Shown: positions 44,111 through 59,213, numbered from the stretch's first letter. The stretch: 64,000 nt of DNA from Chrysomallon squamiferum (GCA_012295275.1 CM022678.1:11656001-11720000), one strand, 5' to 3'. Made by a program: numbers and translations. Notes: generated from the letters alone by a model not told the origin.

Positions 44111-44673
44111 AAATTAAAAAGAAAGAAATGTGATATTTTTATTATTATCATTGTTATCGTTAATACCGACAAGTTACATTCCAATGACAACAACAACTCG
44201 AAACAACAACAAAAATAACGAAAACAGTAACAACAACGACGACGACGATAACAACCATGGGAATAATACGCAGAATAATAACAAAACAGAAACAAATCAT
44301 AATAAAAAAATAAAACCCGTCACCTCATCGCGCTGTTTTGATGACATTTTTTGTTTTCGTCGCGTGCGCAACTGCACCCCGCCTCCCCCACCCCAGAAGA
44401 TCAGCACCACACCCGAATCCTCCCGCAGATTACCTGGCTCTCAGTGACCGGGAATCGATCTGATTTGATTAGCACGTGCTCCAGGGCGTGGACTGAGAAA
44501 GCGATTGCGACTAAATTAAGTTAAAGTGTTAAAACTTCGCCGTTTGGTATTTGTGTGATTAGAACGCGAAGCACCCACACACAAGTTTAAATCAATAACT
44601 GGTCATAAGCGAAATGTCAGTGACAGGAGAGAGACGAGTTAATGTTCGCTAATCTAAACTGTGTCCTCCTGCG

Positions 44674-45400
44674 CTCTCAATACGTCTCCAATACGTCCCT
44701 TAAACGTCTCCCAGTACGTCTCCAATACGTCTCTAATACGTGTGCGCATCAGTTTTAACTCTCAATACGTCTCTAATACGTGTGCGCATCAGTTTTAACT
44801 CTCAATACGTCTCTAATACGTACTCGTGTCAGTTTTAACTCTCAATACGTCTCTAATACGTACTCGTGTCAGTTTTAACTCTCAATACGTCTCCAATACG
44901 TCTCTAATACGTACCCGCGTCAGTTTTAACTCTCAATACGTCTCTAATACGTACTCGTGTCAGTTTTAACTCTCAATACGTCTCCAATACGTCTCTAATA
45001 CGTACCCGCGTCAGTTTTAACTCTCAATACGTCTCTAATACGTACGCGCGTCAGTTTTTACTCTCAGTACATCTCTAATACGTACCCGTGTCAGTTTTAA
45101 CTCAATACGTCTCTAATACGTACCCGCGTCAGTTTTAACTCTCAATACGTCTCTAATACGTACCCGCGTCAGTTTTAACTCTCAATACGTCTCTAATACG
45201 TGTGCGCGTCAGTTTTAACTCTCAATACGTCTCTAATACATCTCTAATACGTACTCGCGTCAGTTTTAATTGTCAATACGTCTCTAATACGTACTCGCGT
45301 CAGTTGTAATTCTCAATACGTCTCTAATACGTCTCAAATATGTACCCGCGTCAGTTTTAACTCTCGATACGTCTCTAATACGTACGCGCGTCAGTTTTAA
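44674..45400. repeat. 40/51-bp minisatellite (CTCAATACGTCTCTAATACGTACYCGCGTCAGTTTTAACT-like) x16, built from a 10-11-bp subunit
   Basis: The CAGTTTTAA-like anchor recurs 16 times at spacings of mostly 40 or 51 bp. The longer units carry one extra CTC(C/T)AATACGT-like subunit. Confidence 0.95.
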
Positions 45401-46179
45401 ATGCTCGCGTTGCAAGTAGGTTTTTTTGGGGGGGTTGTTGTAACTGTTAATGTTGCAGTATATTTTTAATGATATATTTTATTTATACAAGGATTATGAT
45501 GATAATGATGTCGTCGACTGTGATGATGTGGCAACAGCATTAATAATGACTGATAATGAGGAATAAAAATAAAAATCGTAAATGTTATCATAATTTAGAA
45601 GTAATCAAGAATAAAAGGAAGAGAAAGAAGATAATGAAGAAGAAGAAAGCGAAAAGATGAAGAAAAAGAAAAAAAGGAAGACGAAAAGAAGACGACGACG
45701 ACAAGAAACGGTTCAGTGACGTTTATTCACAACACGACGTCGACATTTCTTCTGTTTTGTTACCAGTTAAAACGAGAAGCTGTTGTGCAAAGACACGATA
45801 ATGACGCCGTGGATGTGTTTGTACCCAGACGCGGACGTCAGTAACGATTCCATGAATAAATCAGTGCTGTCGTAATTGCTCGAGGATTTAGACATTTAGA
45901 CTCGAACGCTGCTAATCTTGCTGATTAAAATCATTCACGCAGACACAGAAAGAAAGAAAGAAAAAGAAAGAAAGAAAGAAAAAAGCTTTTTGCGTGCAAA
46001 GTTATTTGTGGTGTTATCAACGTTTGGGTAAAAATGAATATTTCGAATTGTTTGTTAATGGTAGAGGAGAAACAAAGAGGACCTAAGTTTTCTTTTGTGT
46101 GTGTGTGTGAGTGTGTTTGTGCGTGTGTGTGTGTGCTTGTGGGTGTGTGTGCCTGTGGGTGTGGGTGTCTGTGTGTATA

Positions 46180-46234
<55 letters not shown>

Positions 46235-48185
46235 TGTATGAACTGTAAATAATGTCAGTCGGTGTGGAAGTTAAATATAGTTACTAAGGGAGACTTGCTC
46301 AGAGATGATTTGAGTGACGTAACTGAAAACGGGTGTCTTGCTTATCGCTCGGTGTTGACGTGTAGACGAACTACACTTTGAAGTTAACAGAGAAACCAGT
46401 AGACACACGTCACCATCAGTCAGGGTGGATGCTAACCAGTGACTGGGCGAATTCAGTGACACTAAACATAAACACCTTTAGGTCGGTGCGGACGTATTGG
46501 TAAACTCTCTGTGTAAGTGTGGACGTTAACCATACATGAACAGGCATAAATCTGCTTTAGACATTGATCAAGATAGTTTAAATCTACCACAGACACATGC
46601 ACACACCCGCATGGGTAGGTGCGGACGTATGTTTGACATCATCTTTATCATCTGATGTATATAGTCTTTTTTTTCTTCTTATTCTCTTTTTCCCCAAACA
46701 TTTGAACAACGCGAAGGCTGTTAGCGCACTGAAACAACATCGCTGAAACAACATCGGTGAAACAACATCGCTGAATTGAGCGACATCGATCGCGGCTCTC
46801 GTCTAATCACGACGTGAAAACGTGTGAAGTGGGCAGACGGCGTCGTTAGCGACTGCGAGTCCTGCGAGCAGCCTCGGGTGTTATCGCCACTGCCGGCGAG
46901 AATTAACGAACAATTTGTCGAAGGCTATTGTTACTTGAAACTCGCGTAGTTGTAATCGTTAGTGAAAGACGACGTCGAGCTGGAAGTCTGAAACGTTTCG
47001 TTGTTGAGTCTACTCGTTGTACGTCTACTCGTTGTAGGTCTACTCGTCAGTAAGCGAGACTAAAATGCCGCGAGGTATAAAAAAGACAGATGACGACGTG
47101 TTGATTAAAAAAAAAAATAAAAAAGACGAAAGAGAAAAAAGACGAAAAAGAAAAACAGTTCAAGAAAAAAATAAAATAAAATAAAATAAAATAAAATAAA
47201 AACACTCCGCAACCTGTGTCTTTGTGACTGTGTGTTAATAAATGTTCATACGTTTGTGTGTTCATGTTTTTGTTTTGCTTGTTGTTTTGTTTTTTGTTTT
47301 TGTTTTTGTATGTGTGTATGTGGGTCTGTGAATATGTGTGTTGGGGAAGTCTGTTTTTCTGTTTGTTTTTCGGTGTTGGTGTGTGTGTGTGTGTGTGAGA
47401 GATAACGGGGGGGGGAGAGAGAGCGAGAGAGCTAGATAGAGAGAGAGATTAATAAACCTGTAGTTCTATTAACAAATCGACTATTTCTCACTGGCTTACA
47501 GACAGTGAAGGTTCAGGCACGCCTGAGCTGGTCAGTGACTGGAACTATCAGCAGAAGACGACAGCCTACGAACATTAATCTGTTCGGAATCTTATCCTGC
47601 ATCTCTCCATTACCATTTTCTGTCAACGATCGATTTTTCTACTCACAGACAGACAGACAAACGGAATTATCGCACAATTGAAGAGAATTTTCGGAACACT
47701 TGTATTTGAAATTCTGTACTCTAAGACATCCTATCAGAATTTAAAATGAGAACGCGACCTATGTTAACTTGATCAGAGAAACAGACAAAATGATGTGAGA
47801 GAAACATACACTGACAGACAGACAGATCTACAGACACACAGATACTTTGATATTAGTAGATGGATGATGAGATGTAGACTGATACATAGACAGACAGATA
47901 GACAGATATCAATAGATATGTGACAGGCAGATAGATAGAGAAATATCAATAGATATATAGAGAGATATCAATAGATATACAGACAGATAAACAGATAAAC
48001 AGATATACAGATAATTGGAAATTAGTATACGGATAATAGATATAGACTGATACAAAGACAGACAGACAGACAGACACACACACACACTCACATATATTTA
48101 TATTATGTATTTATGAATGTGTGTCTGTGTGTATATGTAGTATGTATGTATGTATGTGTATATATATATATGTGTGTGTTAAAAA

Positions 48186-48224
<39 letters not shown>

Positions 48225-48388
48225 CATACAGATATATAAAAGATATTTTTATTTTAGTTTATGCAGCAAGACATTCAGATTGAACCATATACAGAAAACT
48301 ATACAGATAGACAGAGACAGACAGAAAGACAGACAAACAGAAAGACAGACACACAGAGAGACAAGCAGACGGATAAATAAACAATCTG

Positions 48389-48441
<53 letters not shown>

Positions 48442-48599
48442 AGACATATATGAGAATATGAGAAACAGGGAGAAAAAGACATACAAAAGGATAGAAAGAG
48501 TGAAGGAGAGATAACAGAACAAAACTAGTTCAGTCTAACAAATTGCTTGTAAGACTTTTCAGCAAGCACAACGTACTTGAATCTTCGATTTTCGACTGA

Positions 48600-49250
48600 C
48601 AAAGCCGTCACGTGACATCTGATGAGCCAGTGGTAGGTGTTGTTGTGTGAGTCACCGCACAAAGCCAATCAGCCTGTGTGACTTGAAGTCAGACTAATTT
48701 AGCACGAGCACCTGTTGCACGCTTCACAACGAGTCTATTTCTGTCTGTCGGAAGTTCGCGCTTTACATGCTCATTGTGCGGCACACAGCGCTGAAATACA
48801 CGCATGTCGTTTATACTAACACATCCTACATAAAACACGCACCAGCCCACACACACACACATTTTAGCACGCACGCACGCACACACACACACACACACGC
48901 AGGCATACATTTTATTTCATTTCTAAGGCTGGAGTGAAAAAAACCACAACCGGTGTCGACAATGACGTATGTATGACGTCATACAGATTAAACGAAAATG
49001 TTTCTTTCTCTTTCTCTGAAGGTTATTCGCGGTGGCTCCGAGGGTCAAACGGTTGTTGTACTAGATGTCCCTACAGGGCAGGTGGTCGTTTATTCGAGAT
49101 TGGAGTGTAAGTTAATAAACAGATTTCACTGCACTCAGCTCTGACGCGCTGCCGCTGTTATCTCGTTTAGCGGTTCGCAAATCTCGCGAGATTTCCTGCA
49201 CAGCCTATCAGAATTACGTTAATTGCTGCACGAGATTCGCAAGGGGGAAT
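48600..49250. promoter_or_regulatory. Candidate promoter/enhancer: dense cluster of consensus transcription-factor motifs
   Basis: GTCACGTGAC (48607-48616), TGAGTCA (48648-48654), AGCCAATCAG (48663-48672), 16-bp CRE palindrome TGTATGACGTCATACA (48970-48985), 16-bp palindrome AAATCTCGCGAGATTT (49179-49194). Motif evidence only. Confidence 0.4.
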
Positions 49251-49435
49251 AACTGACATGACAAGACATCATCAAATAGCGGAATTCTTCTCTTATTTAT
49301 TTTTTCTTTTTTCTTTTTTTTCTTCTATATATAAAAATATAAAATATAAAAGAGAAAAATACGTGAGTAATCTGTTTAATAATTTCTACTGGGAATAAAG
49401 AAACCTCATCATTGTCTGTTTTAATATCACATTTT

Positions 49436-49607
<172 letters not shown>

Positions 49608-50291
49608 GACTTCTAATAACCCATCTATAGCTTTAATTTCACCAACGACATAAAAAAAACTTCTTATATTTTTCAGATCTGTCTGTCTGACTGTACATGT
49701 ATGTGCCATTCTGTAACACGACATTTCTACATCATCACCTAATCAGCATTAACAACGTCTCTGTTCTCACCATCATCACTACGCCATGGCTCTGGTAATA
49801 ACAACATCATCACGACAACGAGAGTTTACACACAACTCTGATATCAACACCACTACAACATCAGTTAACAATGATGTTAAACTAACACATCATCACCATC
49901 ATCATCATCATCAAGACGTCAGTTTACTACGACGCTGACATCAGCGCCGTGACGACGTGCTGGCCACATTACCTCAGCCAACCTCGTTCTCGTCCGACAA
50001 CAAAATTAACTTGTGTGGCGTTGCGGGACAAGTGAAGTAATAATTACGTTCTGTTTGAGCAGAGAAACCCATCAGCAGGGGATAATAGTGAGATAATGAG
50101 AGATAATCGGAGATAATGAGAGATAATCTGAGAGTCCAGCTTGTCAGTTCCTCAACAAAACCCGCTCATTACCGTGGAGTGAGCCGAATACGACCGTACG
50201 AAAGCTTTCAGCTTATTAACCTACAGGACTGATTTGCATATATATATAAATAATACAATATATAATCCAAATACATCCAACATACATCCAG

Positions 50292-50333
<42 letters not shown>

Positions 50334-50398
50334 AATGTTGGATTATGTATTGAACTATGTAGCCTTAACATCCGTACTTAATGTGTCAAATCTTTATG

Positions 50399-50522
<124 letters not shown>

Positions 50523-51474
50523 ATCTCTCTATCATTCACTCTCTCTCGCTCATTCACTCTTTCTGTCTCTGTTTCTCTATCTCTTCTCTTCCTCTCTGTC
50601 TCTGTTTTTTTATTTCTCTCGTGCTCTGTCTCTCTTTCCTTCACCTTTTCCCCACGTCAGTCTTTCTGTCTCTTTGTATGTCTGTATGCCTGACTGTTTC
50701 CAATCACAAAACGAAATAAAACAAATGACCACAAAGAAACGACGGAAAGGATCAGACTAATATGAATTAATGTGCAGATTAATCAGGTGGAAAAAGAAAA
50801 AAAAACCTACACAATTAATATCCCTGATATTAATAAAGGAGAAATCCACTAAAGAAATATCATCATTTCGTCTTAGCCCGGCTTACTTCCACACGCGTGT
50901 AACTGTCGTCTGAAAAAACAAATAGACTGGTTCTCCCCCCAATCGATCTGGGAGCGCTGTAAGACGAACAAAACTAGTCTAATCCGATTACGCGGCGCAG
51001 CGCAAATTGGCTGGCAGTAGATTTCGTAAGCAAACAGGACGAGTATCAGTTAAACAGCTTTATGCAGATGTAATTATCCCCGACATTATTTCTAAAACAC
51101 TGCGTACTTCACTGTCTGGTAGCAAGCATACTAGTAAAACATGAGTAACTAAATAAATAAATAAATAAATAATACTAGTTTCGTAAAGATCAGTATTAAC
51201 ATAGGTTGTTAATTTGATTAAAACTGATGATCATGTTAAAATTGGACAAAAAGGATTTATTTATGAAGTGTTTACATTACTGTTCCACTCGGCAACATGC
51301 AACGACAGTTTTCTGTCCTTAGTTCGCAGCGTTGTACAGAACATGTGTATGTGTGACCGTCCTTAACCACGTTACAGCGGTCAACAGTTTCAGTATTATT
51401 TTACAAACTGACTGCGTATCTTCATTTCAGCACTTTTCTCTATTTCAGATGTCTATCTCATCTTGAAACACTTA

Positions 51475-52071
51475 CCGTATATACTTGTGTACAAGACGAC
51501 CTTATGTATAAGTCGATGTGTATTTTACGACCACAAATTGCGTCATTTTAGGTATTACTTGTGTATAAGTCGACTGCAGATTCCAGGCACCGTCATTTTG
51601 TTTTCGATTTATCGGTAGTGGATATTAATGACGATTGCAATATTATTTCACCAAATTCTTTACAATTACACAAGTGAGTTTTGTTTATGAAATTAGGACC
51701 GATATTTAGTGCAATTTGGCAGAGAAGTCTGCATTCCTAGATCATTGCAAGACGCCGTAAGGCACAACGCCGTACTGACGGTTTTTTCGCTTTAAAATGT
51801 ATTTTTATGTCATTAAGCGGAAGAATATCATGTTTTACATTCATATTTGGTTTTGTTATTTAATTTTTCAAAATTTTTATACGATAAAATTATATTTTTG
51901 AAAAGCTGAAAGACCGCGATTATTTTAGATGCATCCCGTAGCGAAAAAATAGTCAAAATGGCGACTCTTCAGCAACAGCTACAAAAGCATTACCTATGTA
52001 TAAGTCGACCCCCAAAATATTATCTTAATATAGTCTCCCAAAAATTCGACTTATACACAATGTATATACGG
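51475..52071. mobile_element. Non-autonomous DNA transposon (MITE), Tc1/mariner superfamily, Tc2/pogo-like ends, 597 bp
   Basis: TA at 51473-51474 and 52072-52073. Left TIR CCGTATATAC-TTGTGTACAAGACGA versus right TIR (reverse complement) CCGTATATACATTGTGTATAAGTCGA. Subterminal TGTATAAGTCGA repeats at 51505, 51562, 51997 and inverted at 52046. No ORF in the track; free of microsatellites. Confidence 0.85.
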
Positions 52072-54559
52072 TAGTCTCACTTTTATCTCCCGCATCCCCT
52101 CAAAATAATAAAAATAAATAAATTAAAAAAATCCTCAACTTAGAACGAATACGTTTTACTGCGTCTTCAAATTGCCTGCAGTTACGTATCCCGATTGATG
52201 ACGTAATTAACCATTTTATTACGTAAGAAAAACGAGCAGTTTTAACTTACACGTTCTCTCTTTTCCTAATTCAGTTATATACTTTTTGTACTTCGTTACT
52301 GACACTAATGAATACGTTTGTTTTTGTCATCTTCTTTCTTTCTTTCTGTTTTTACATTTTTGTCTCTCTTTTTTAGATAGTAAATTTATATTATTTTATT
52401 CTATCTCACTTCATTATTTGCTAAACCATTTCTTTCTTTTTTCTTTTTTTTTTTATAGTTTTTGACGTTATTTACTAATTCGATTATTATTATTTTATTT
52501 TATTATATTTCTCTCATTTTACACTATTTTTATAATCTTGAATTGTTCAGAAAGTAGTTTATTATTAAAGCAGTTGATTGTGACCTGACTTGATCAAGGG
52601 TCAAATATGCTTCTGATACGTTATTTCCTTTTCCAAACATAGCTCCTCGGAGCAGGAATCAATAAAAATAAAATAAATAATAGTAATGATAATAAAATGG
52701 TGTACCAATACTGTGGGTACTACTACTGCTAAAACAAGGATATTCAACTACGTAGACAACAACACAACTAATACGTCTAGTTTTTCTAGTGCTGCCACTA
52801 CTACTACAACTACAACTACTACCACTGCAGCTACTAGTTTTACTACTACTACTACCACCTCCGTCACGACCACTATTACTACTACCTTTGCTAATACTAC
52901 TACCACCATCACCACAACTGCAACAACAACAAAGAGTAATAATAATAACAACAATAACAACGACGGCAGCAACAACCACTGGGAGTAATGGCTTAAAGGG
53001 ATGCGACATTTTGCAACGGATTGTATTCAGTAACAACAACAACAACGACGACAACAACACACGGCTGTTGTAGTGAGTTTTAAGAACGACGGCACTGGGC
53101 GACATTCACATGTCGTGACTTAGAGATAATCTGTTCACTTTTTGTTTATTAAATCAACAGCTAAAAATACATTTTCACTCCGTATCATCTTTCTACTGCT
53201 ACAAACAAAATCGATACGATACTAATTGTTTTACAAAATCATAAGAAATCTGGATAAATAATGAAGTAGAATGAAGAAAAAAAAAAAAAAAAAAAAAAAA
53301 GAAAAGAAAATAAGAAAAAAATAAGAAAAAGTAAAAAAGAAGAAGATGAAATTAAAGAGAAGAACAGAAGAATGAGAAGAAAAAAAATGAATAAGAACAT
53401 TATGCAGAAAAGAATAAGAACTAGGGAAAGAGCGATACAAAATGAAAAAGGTGAAAAGAAAAATTAGGAGACGAAAAAATAATGAGAAAAATGAAGACAA
53501 AATCTTTGATAATTATATTAAAATTATTCTATACAATTCTAATTAATAAGAAAATAAAACCAGATTAGGAACACGAAGAAAAAAATTTTTTAAAAAGAAG
53601 AAGAATGACAATAATCATTAATAAAAAGATCATTAAAAATATCACCCAAACAATTATTTATGAAAATAACTGGAAAATTTGAACAAGAAGGATTAAAAAT
53701 ATGTCGTCGCCGACGACGATGTTGACGAAGAAATGGAAGAACTGCAAAGATCATCCAAGACGTTGTACACCAGCGCCTGACAGAAGCCCGCGTTGACGTC
53801 AGTCGACAAGACAAACACAAAACTGTTACAGACGAAAATAATCAAACTGTAACCTTACCTGTCACTGCGGTGCAATACAACACGTATCTCACATACGTGT
53901 GTGTGATACAGTAAACTGAATAATGATCGTTACGTACAAAAACAAGCGGTCGAAGCACTATGTCCTTCCACGTCTCTTCTGAACTAAACGTCTGCCGGCT
54001 TCCATCCAGCAGAATCTCTCTCTCTCTCTTCTGACCCGAATAAAGTATTGAACCGTGAGTTGGTGAAGAAAAAACGACGATTACAGAACCTCGCTACAGC
54101 TGCTGGATGTAAGCGCGGTCTTTTTTCTCCACCGCGAGCAAACGATTGTGAATTTCGTTCTGTTCGGCGACTGTTTTTGAATTCCGACCTGAGTCGTTTT
54201 CACGAAGAGGTAAACATGGATTTTCCGAAAATAGCCGATCCGATTACCGAAGTGCATCCACGCGCACTTTCGCGCTGCATCATGGACGCAAGCAGCAGGA
54301 CGGTGTTCTAAAGATAGCCGCGAAACGATAAAGTCTAAAAATAGAACACAGCTAAGCACTTCGTCAGGTTAGGTAAAATTATTGATTGAATTCCACCATT
54401 GCTCAATAAGAACAAAAGTTAGCAGCAGTTGTATCCCCTGATTCTTCCTTCTTTTAATTCATTCATTCATTTATTTATTCTTTCTTTCTGATTTCTTTCT
54501 GATTTTTTTTATTTTTAAGATTATTTATTCACTCATTTACCGATTTATGTTTCTTGTTC

Positions 54560-54605
<46 letters not shown>

Positions 54606-54634
54606 CATGCCTGAAGTTATGTCTTGGTTTGTAC

Positions 54635-54677
<43 letters not shown>

Positions 54678-55329
54678 ATGCTAAAATAAGATTAACTGAT
54701 CTATAATTTGCTTTACTGTTTAACACTGATTCCTTCCGAGTACCACATACAGCATTATAAATAATTACGTGTGCGTGAATGTAAACAAACACGCATGAAC
54801 GTGCATGTTTGTATGTATGTAGAAAGTATATCTGCTCGAGATTTCATGCATCCACGTGCGCTGTTTGAGAGACATTCTGTTTATTTATTTATTTATTCAC
54901 CTTATTTTTAGCCACCAATGGACGGAAATACATTTACGAAAACGGCAAACAATAAAACTTCTGTTCTTGGACAGCGTAAAACGTTCACGCATTAGACCTG
55001 AAGCCATTAGCCTCGCTATTAGTAAAAGACTTGCTATTTTCGTGTTTTACCCTCCACCTCCCCCCGCCACATTCGTCTGTATCTGGTGCATCGCACGCTC
55101 CAACAACACATCTTCAACAGGATCAAGCAGTTTGTACGTCTGTCAAAACGCACGCGCCGTATCACGTCGTCTGCTGCGCGCGCGCGACTGAAGCATTATT
55201 TGCACGCGCGAGCACATTAGCAGGAAACACGAGGAGATGGTAAATATAACTGACCTCTGCGAGCGAAAAGCTAAATTTAGCCATGTCTGAGATAAATATA
55301 GTCTGAACACATAGGGTTAACGATATAAC

Positions 55330-55369
<40 letters not shown>

Positions 55370-55605
55370 CTATGGCAGCATGTCAAACTACAGAGGTAAC
55401 CCCTCGTATAGACTGTCTATTTTGAGCTTCAGTGCAAGCACAAAGTGGAAGAAATAATTAGAAAAAAGAAAAGTGAAACAAAGAGAAAGAATAATGAGTT
55501 ATAATTTATTTATTTATTTATGTATTTAACTTACTTACTAGCTTTGCATGGTGGTATAGCAAACACGTAGAAATGAACATGGTATGAGAGAGAGAGAGAG
55601 GGAGA

Positions 55606-55767
<162 letters not shown>

Positions 55768-56537
55768 GTGTGTGTACGTAAGAAAATACATCAAAAAAGA
55801 TTAAAAATAGAATGCTGTCAGGAAATTATTAAGGATTCGAAACAAATTTTTTAATAACTCTACTTCCTGTGAAAAATAATAAATAAAATGAAAACAATAG
55901 TATGAATAAGAAAGAAAATTAAAGAAGGAAGGTAAAAAAACAAAAAAAAAACAAAACAAAAAACAACAACAACAAAAAGGAATTAAAGAAATAAGAAATA
56001 AGAAAAAAGGAGAAAGAAAGAAAGAAAAAGAAAACAATCAAACCAGAAAAAATAAAAAATAAAAAATAAAAAAATAAAAATAATAATAAATAAAAATAAA
56101 AATAAAAATAAAAATAAATAAATAAATAAATAAATAAAACAAGATTAAAACTTAATGCAAGAAAGAAGAAAAAACGAAGTATGAAAGGGTGAAAAAAGCA
56201 GTAAAGATTTAAAATTTTTATTATTATTATTTTTTTATCTTTAATGCTATTTTTCGTGAATTTATTTCCCTAAAGTTTTTTCTTTTCTTTTTTTTTATTT
56301 TATTTATTTGTTATTTCGATTTTCTTTATTGCTGTTTTATTATTTTATTTTTGTTTAGTAAGTGAATTTAATTTAAAGCAGATAAGAAGTGTAAGAAATT
56401 TAATTCTCAGAAAATAAGCCTTGAAATTAAACATTAAAAGTTAATAGTGGTAAAAAAAGTTAAAGCATTTTGTGTTAAGCTGTTTTTACTTCGTACATAA
56501 ATATGTCAGTACAATGACCTGGATAACTGGACTGCGT

Positions 56538-56580
<43 letters not shown>

Positions 56581-56852
56581 TGTCTGTGTGTGTATGTCTG
56601 TGTGTGTGTGTGTGTGTGTGTGTCTGTCTGTGTGTGTCTGTGTGTGTGTGTGTCTGTGTGTGTGTGTGTGTGTGTGTGTATGTCTGTGTGTGTATGTGTC
56701 TGTGTGTGTGTGCCACAATGAGAGAGACAAATGAATGGATAGATGGAAGTGAGATCAACAGATCTATAGATAGATAGATAGACAGATAGATAGACAGATA
56801 GATAAACAGCTTTATGTCAGAGAAATACACACACACATACATAAATAGATAC

Positions 56853-56952
<100 letters not shown>

Positions 56953-57883
56953 ATATACAAATTTTATGTTCCCGTTTCTATTCAAGCGAATACGAACAAC
57001 TTTGTAAGTTGTTCACATGACCTCTGGGTCAAGGTCACACTAAAACGGCGACCGTACTCTTAGTCATGTCCTGACTGTAGCGAGACAGACTGAAATACAC
57101 AACAAACGCTCACCTACTGTCAGGCAGGCACTGTGGACACTAACAACAACTTGTCTGAAAATAAGTCCTGCCTTATGTGCAGAATTCAGCTGCATTCCAG
57201 GAGTCGATTATTATTTTATCTGAGAATTATTATTATTATGTTTTTAATACCCTGGATTGATTTGCCCAGTGTCCGTTCCGATCTTACATACGAACTAATA
57301 ACACAGAAATATCCGATTACGTTTTATACTCGTATCAGATACGACGTTGTAACTTACTGTAATTTGAATGTAAGCTTGTGTGTGTGTGACTCTATGAAGT
57401 CTATATATATATGTATGTATGTATTAGGTGTATTTGTGTAACGCTTTGTCAAATGTAGATAGTATCTCTGTACATAATACTATTTTTGTATGTATGCATG
57501 TGTGTACGTTCAAGTGTGAGTTTTGCGTTCATGCGTGGATCTGTGTAAACGTACTCTACACGTAATAAATACACGCACATTTATACACACGCACAGTTAC
57601 ACGAAAATACACATATCTGGGATTCACTATGCATTAATGTATGGACCTAATATGAATGTGCGTGTCTGAACAGGGAGATAGATTTGTTCAATACAAATGT
57701 ATAATATTTTATTAATTTATGCAAAATAAGCAGATTTATGTCTGTTACGATGTTCTTATCAAATAAGGGAAGTGTACATGATATTGTAATAATTTATATT
57801 TATATTGCTACATGAAATTTGAAACACAAATATCACACTCATGTATAAGATACGTCACTGTATATTTGACATGTGCAGCAGTG

Positions 57884-57963
<80 letters not shown>

Positions 57964-58067
57964 ATTATTCAATAATAATTAACAACAGCACATCAAGACC
58001 ACACTAAGGTTTTAAATAACATAATAAAGTTCAGCTTAAATCTATAAACAGATAGTTACTAACTCAC

Positions 58068-58295
58068 CAAACTGTCTTTTGTAAATGGCTGGAAAACTCG
58101 TGCTCAGAACTGCTGGTGTGTCAGACGTCTGCGACGCCGATACGTCACCACGCAGGCAGAAGTGCGGGAGAATGCGCGCGAACTTTCAGCCAGCGAGCAG
58201 ACACAGCAGTCGATCTGCTTTGGTAGTTTAGTGTCAGCGTTAAAATAAAAATAAAAATAAAAATAAACTAGCCCAGTTCGAATGTGTGACGTCAC
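58068..58295 (-). other. Candidate non-coding (5'UTR/first) exon region on the calmodulin-like gene's strand; upstream boundary unknown
   Basis: CpG-rich unique sequence ending at a consensus donor TTG|GTGAGT (58067-58062), with palindrome GTGACGTCAC at 58286-58295. No transcript evidence. Confidence 0.25.
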
Positions 58296-59213
58296 GATAT
58301 CACTGCGCACTGCGACACTTAATACGTGCGAATTTCATGTATAGACGCTGTGGAAATCAACAACGCAACAACAACAAACGAAGGAGTAACGTTTTAAACG
58401 CTAAAATGAAAGAAAAGAAAACATAATATTTTTTTCTGCGTAATAACATTTAATATATATGCAATAACATATAATACAGAGATAGGTATATATGATATAA
58501 TGACTTCAGACTTTTAAAGAAAGATATTAAGCGAAATAAAAGACGCCATTGCCAGTAATGGGGTTCGGGTGTTAGTTATAATGATGTTTATACTTTTGTA
58601 AAGCTCTTTGTTATAGATATATAAAATTAGTGTATTTCCTTTGAATGCAACACATAAAGGTTTGTAAGGACAGGTACATTTCTGTGGAATATTTAAATCG
58701 TTAAAACGACTGAATAACATCTGAAGAGGACAACGGGACTCATTGTTGACTCAGTTTTTATAGAATTTTTGCTCGTAATCGGTTGAAGTATGACAAAAGA
58801 CAACATTAGATCAAGACAGAATAGAAATTAGTTTCACTAACTCAGTTTTATAAATAGTGTTACCTAGAACGAGAACAGTGTAAAGAAATCTAAATAAAAT
58901 AAAAATAAAAATAAAATAAAATAATAAATACAGGTATTGTGTTACCTGTTCTAATTTTTCACCTCGATTCTTATTTTTAGTTCACTTCCTTATTTCATAC
59001 CTTCCTTTCTTCCCTCAGCCCTTCTTTCTATTTGACTATTTTGTTATTTTCTTACTTTTTTTTATTGCTAATTCCTCTATCTTGGTTTTTCCTTTCTTTC
59101 TATCTGTCCGATGGACTTTAGTTAATCTGTCTGTCATTATTATTCATTTATCCTTTCTTACCATCTGAAGGTCAAAATCTGTTATTGTTTTACCTACTGA
59201 TTGAATATATTTG

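Noticed and set aside
44674-45400. CRISPR-like appearance of the 40-bp array
   Set aside because: No unique spacers, eukaryotic context and no cas genes.
57018-57037. Nuclear-receptor half-site cluster TGACCTCTGGGTCAAGGTCA
   Set aside because: Single short occurrence with no supporting context; could be chance or a repeat remnant.
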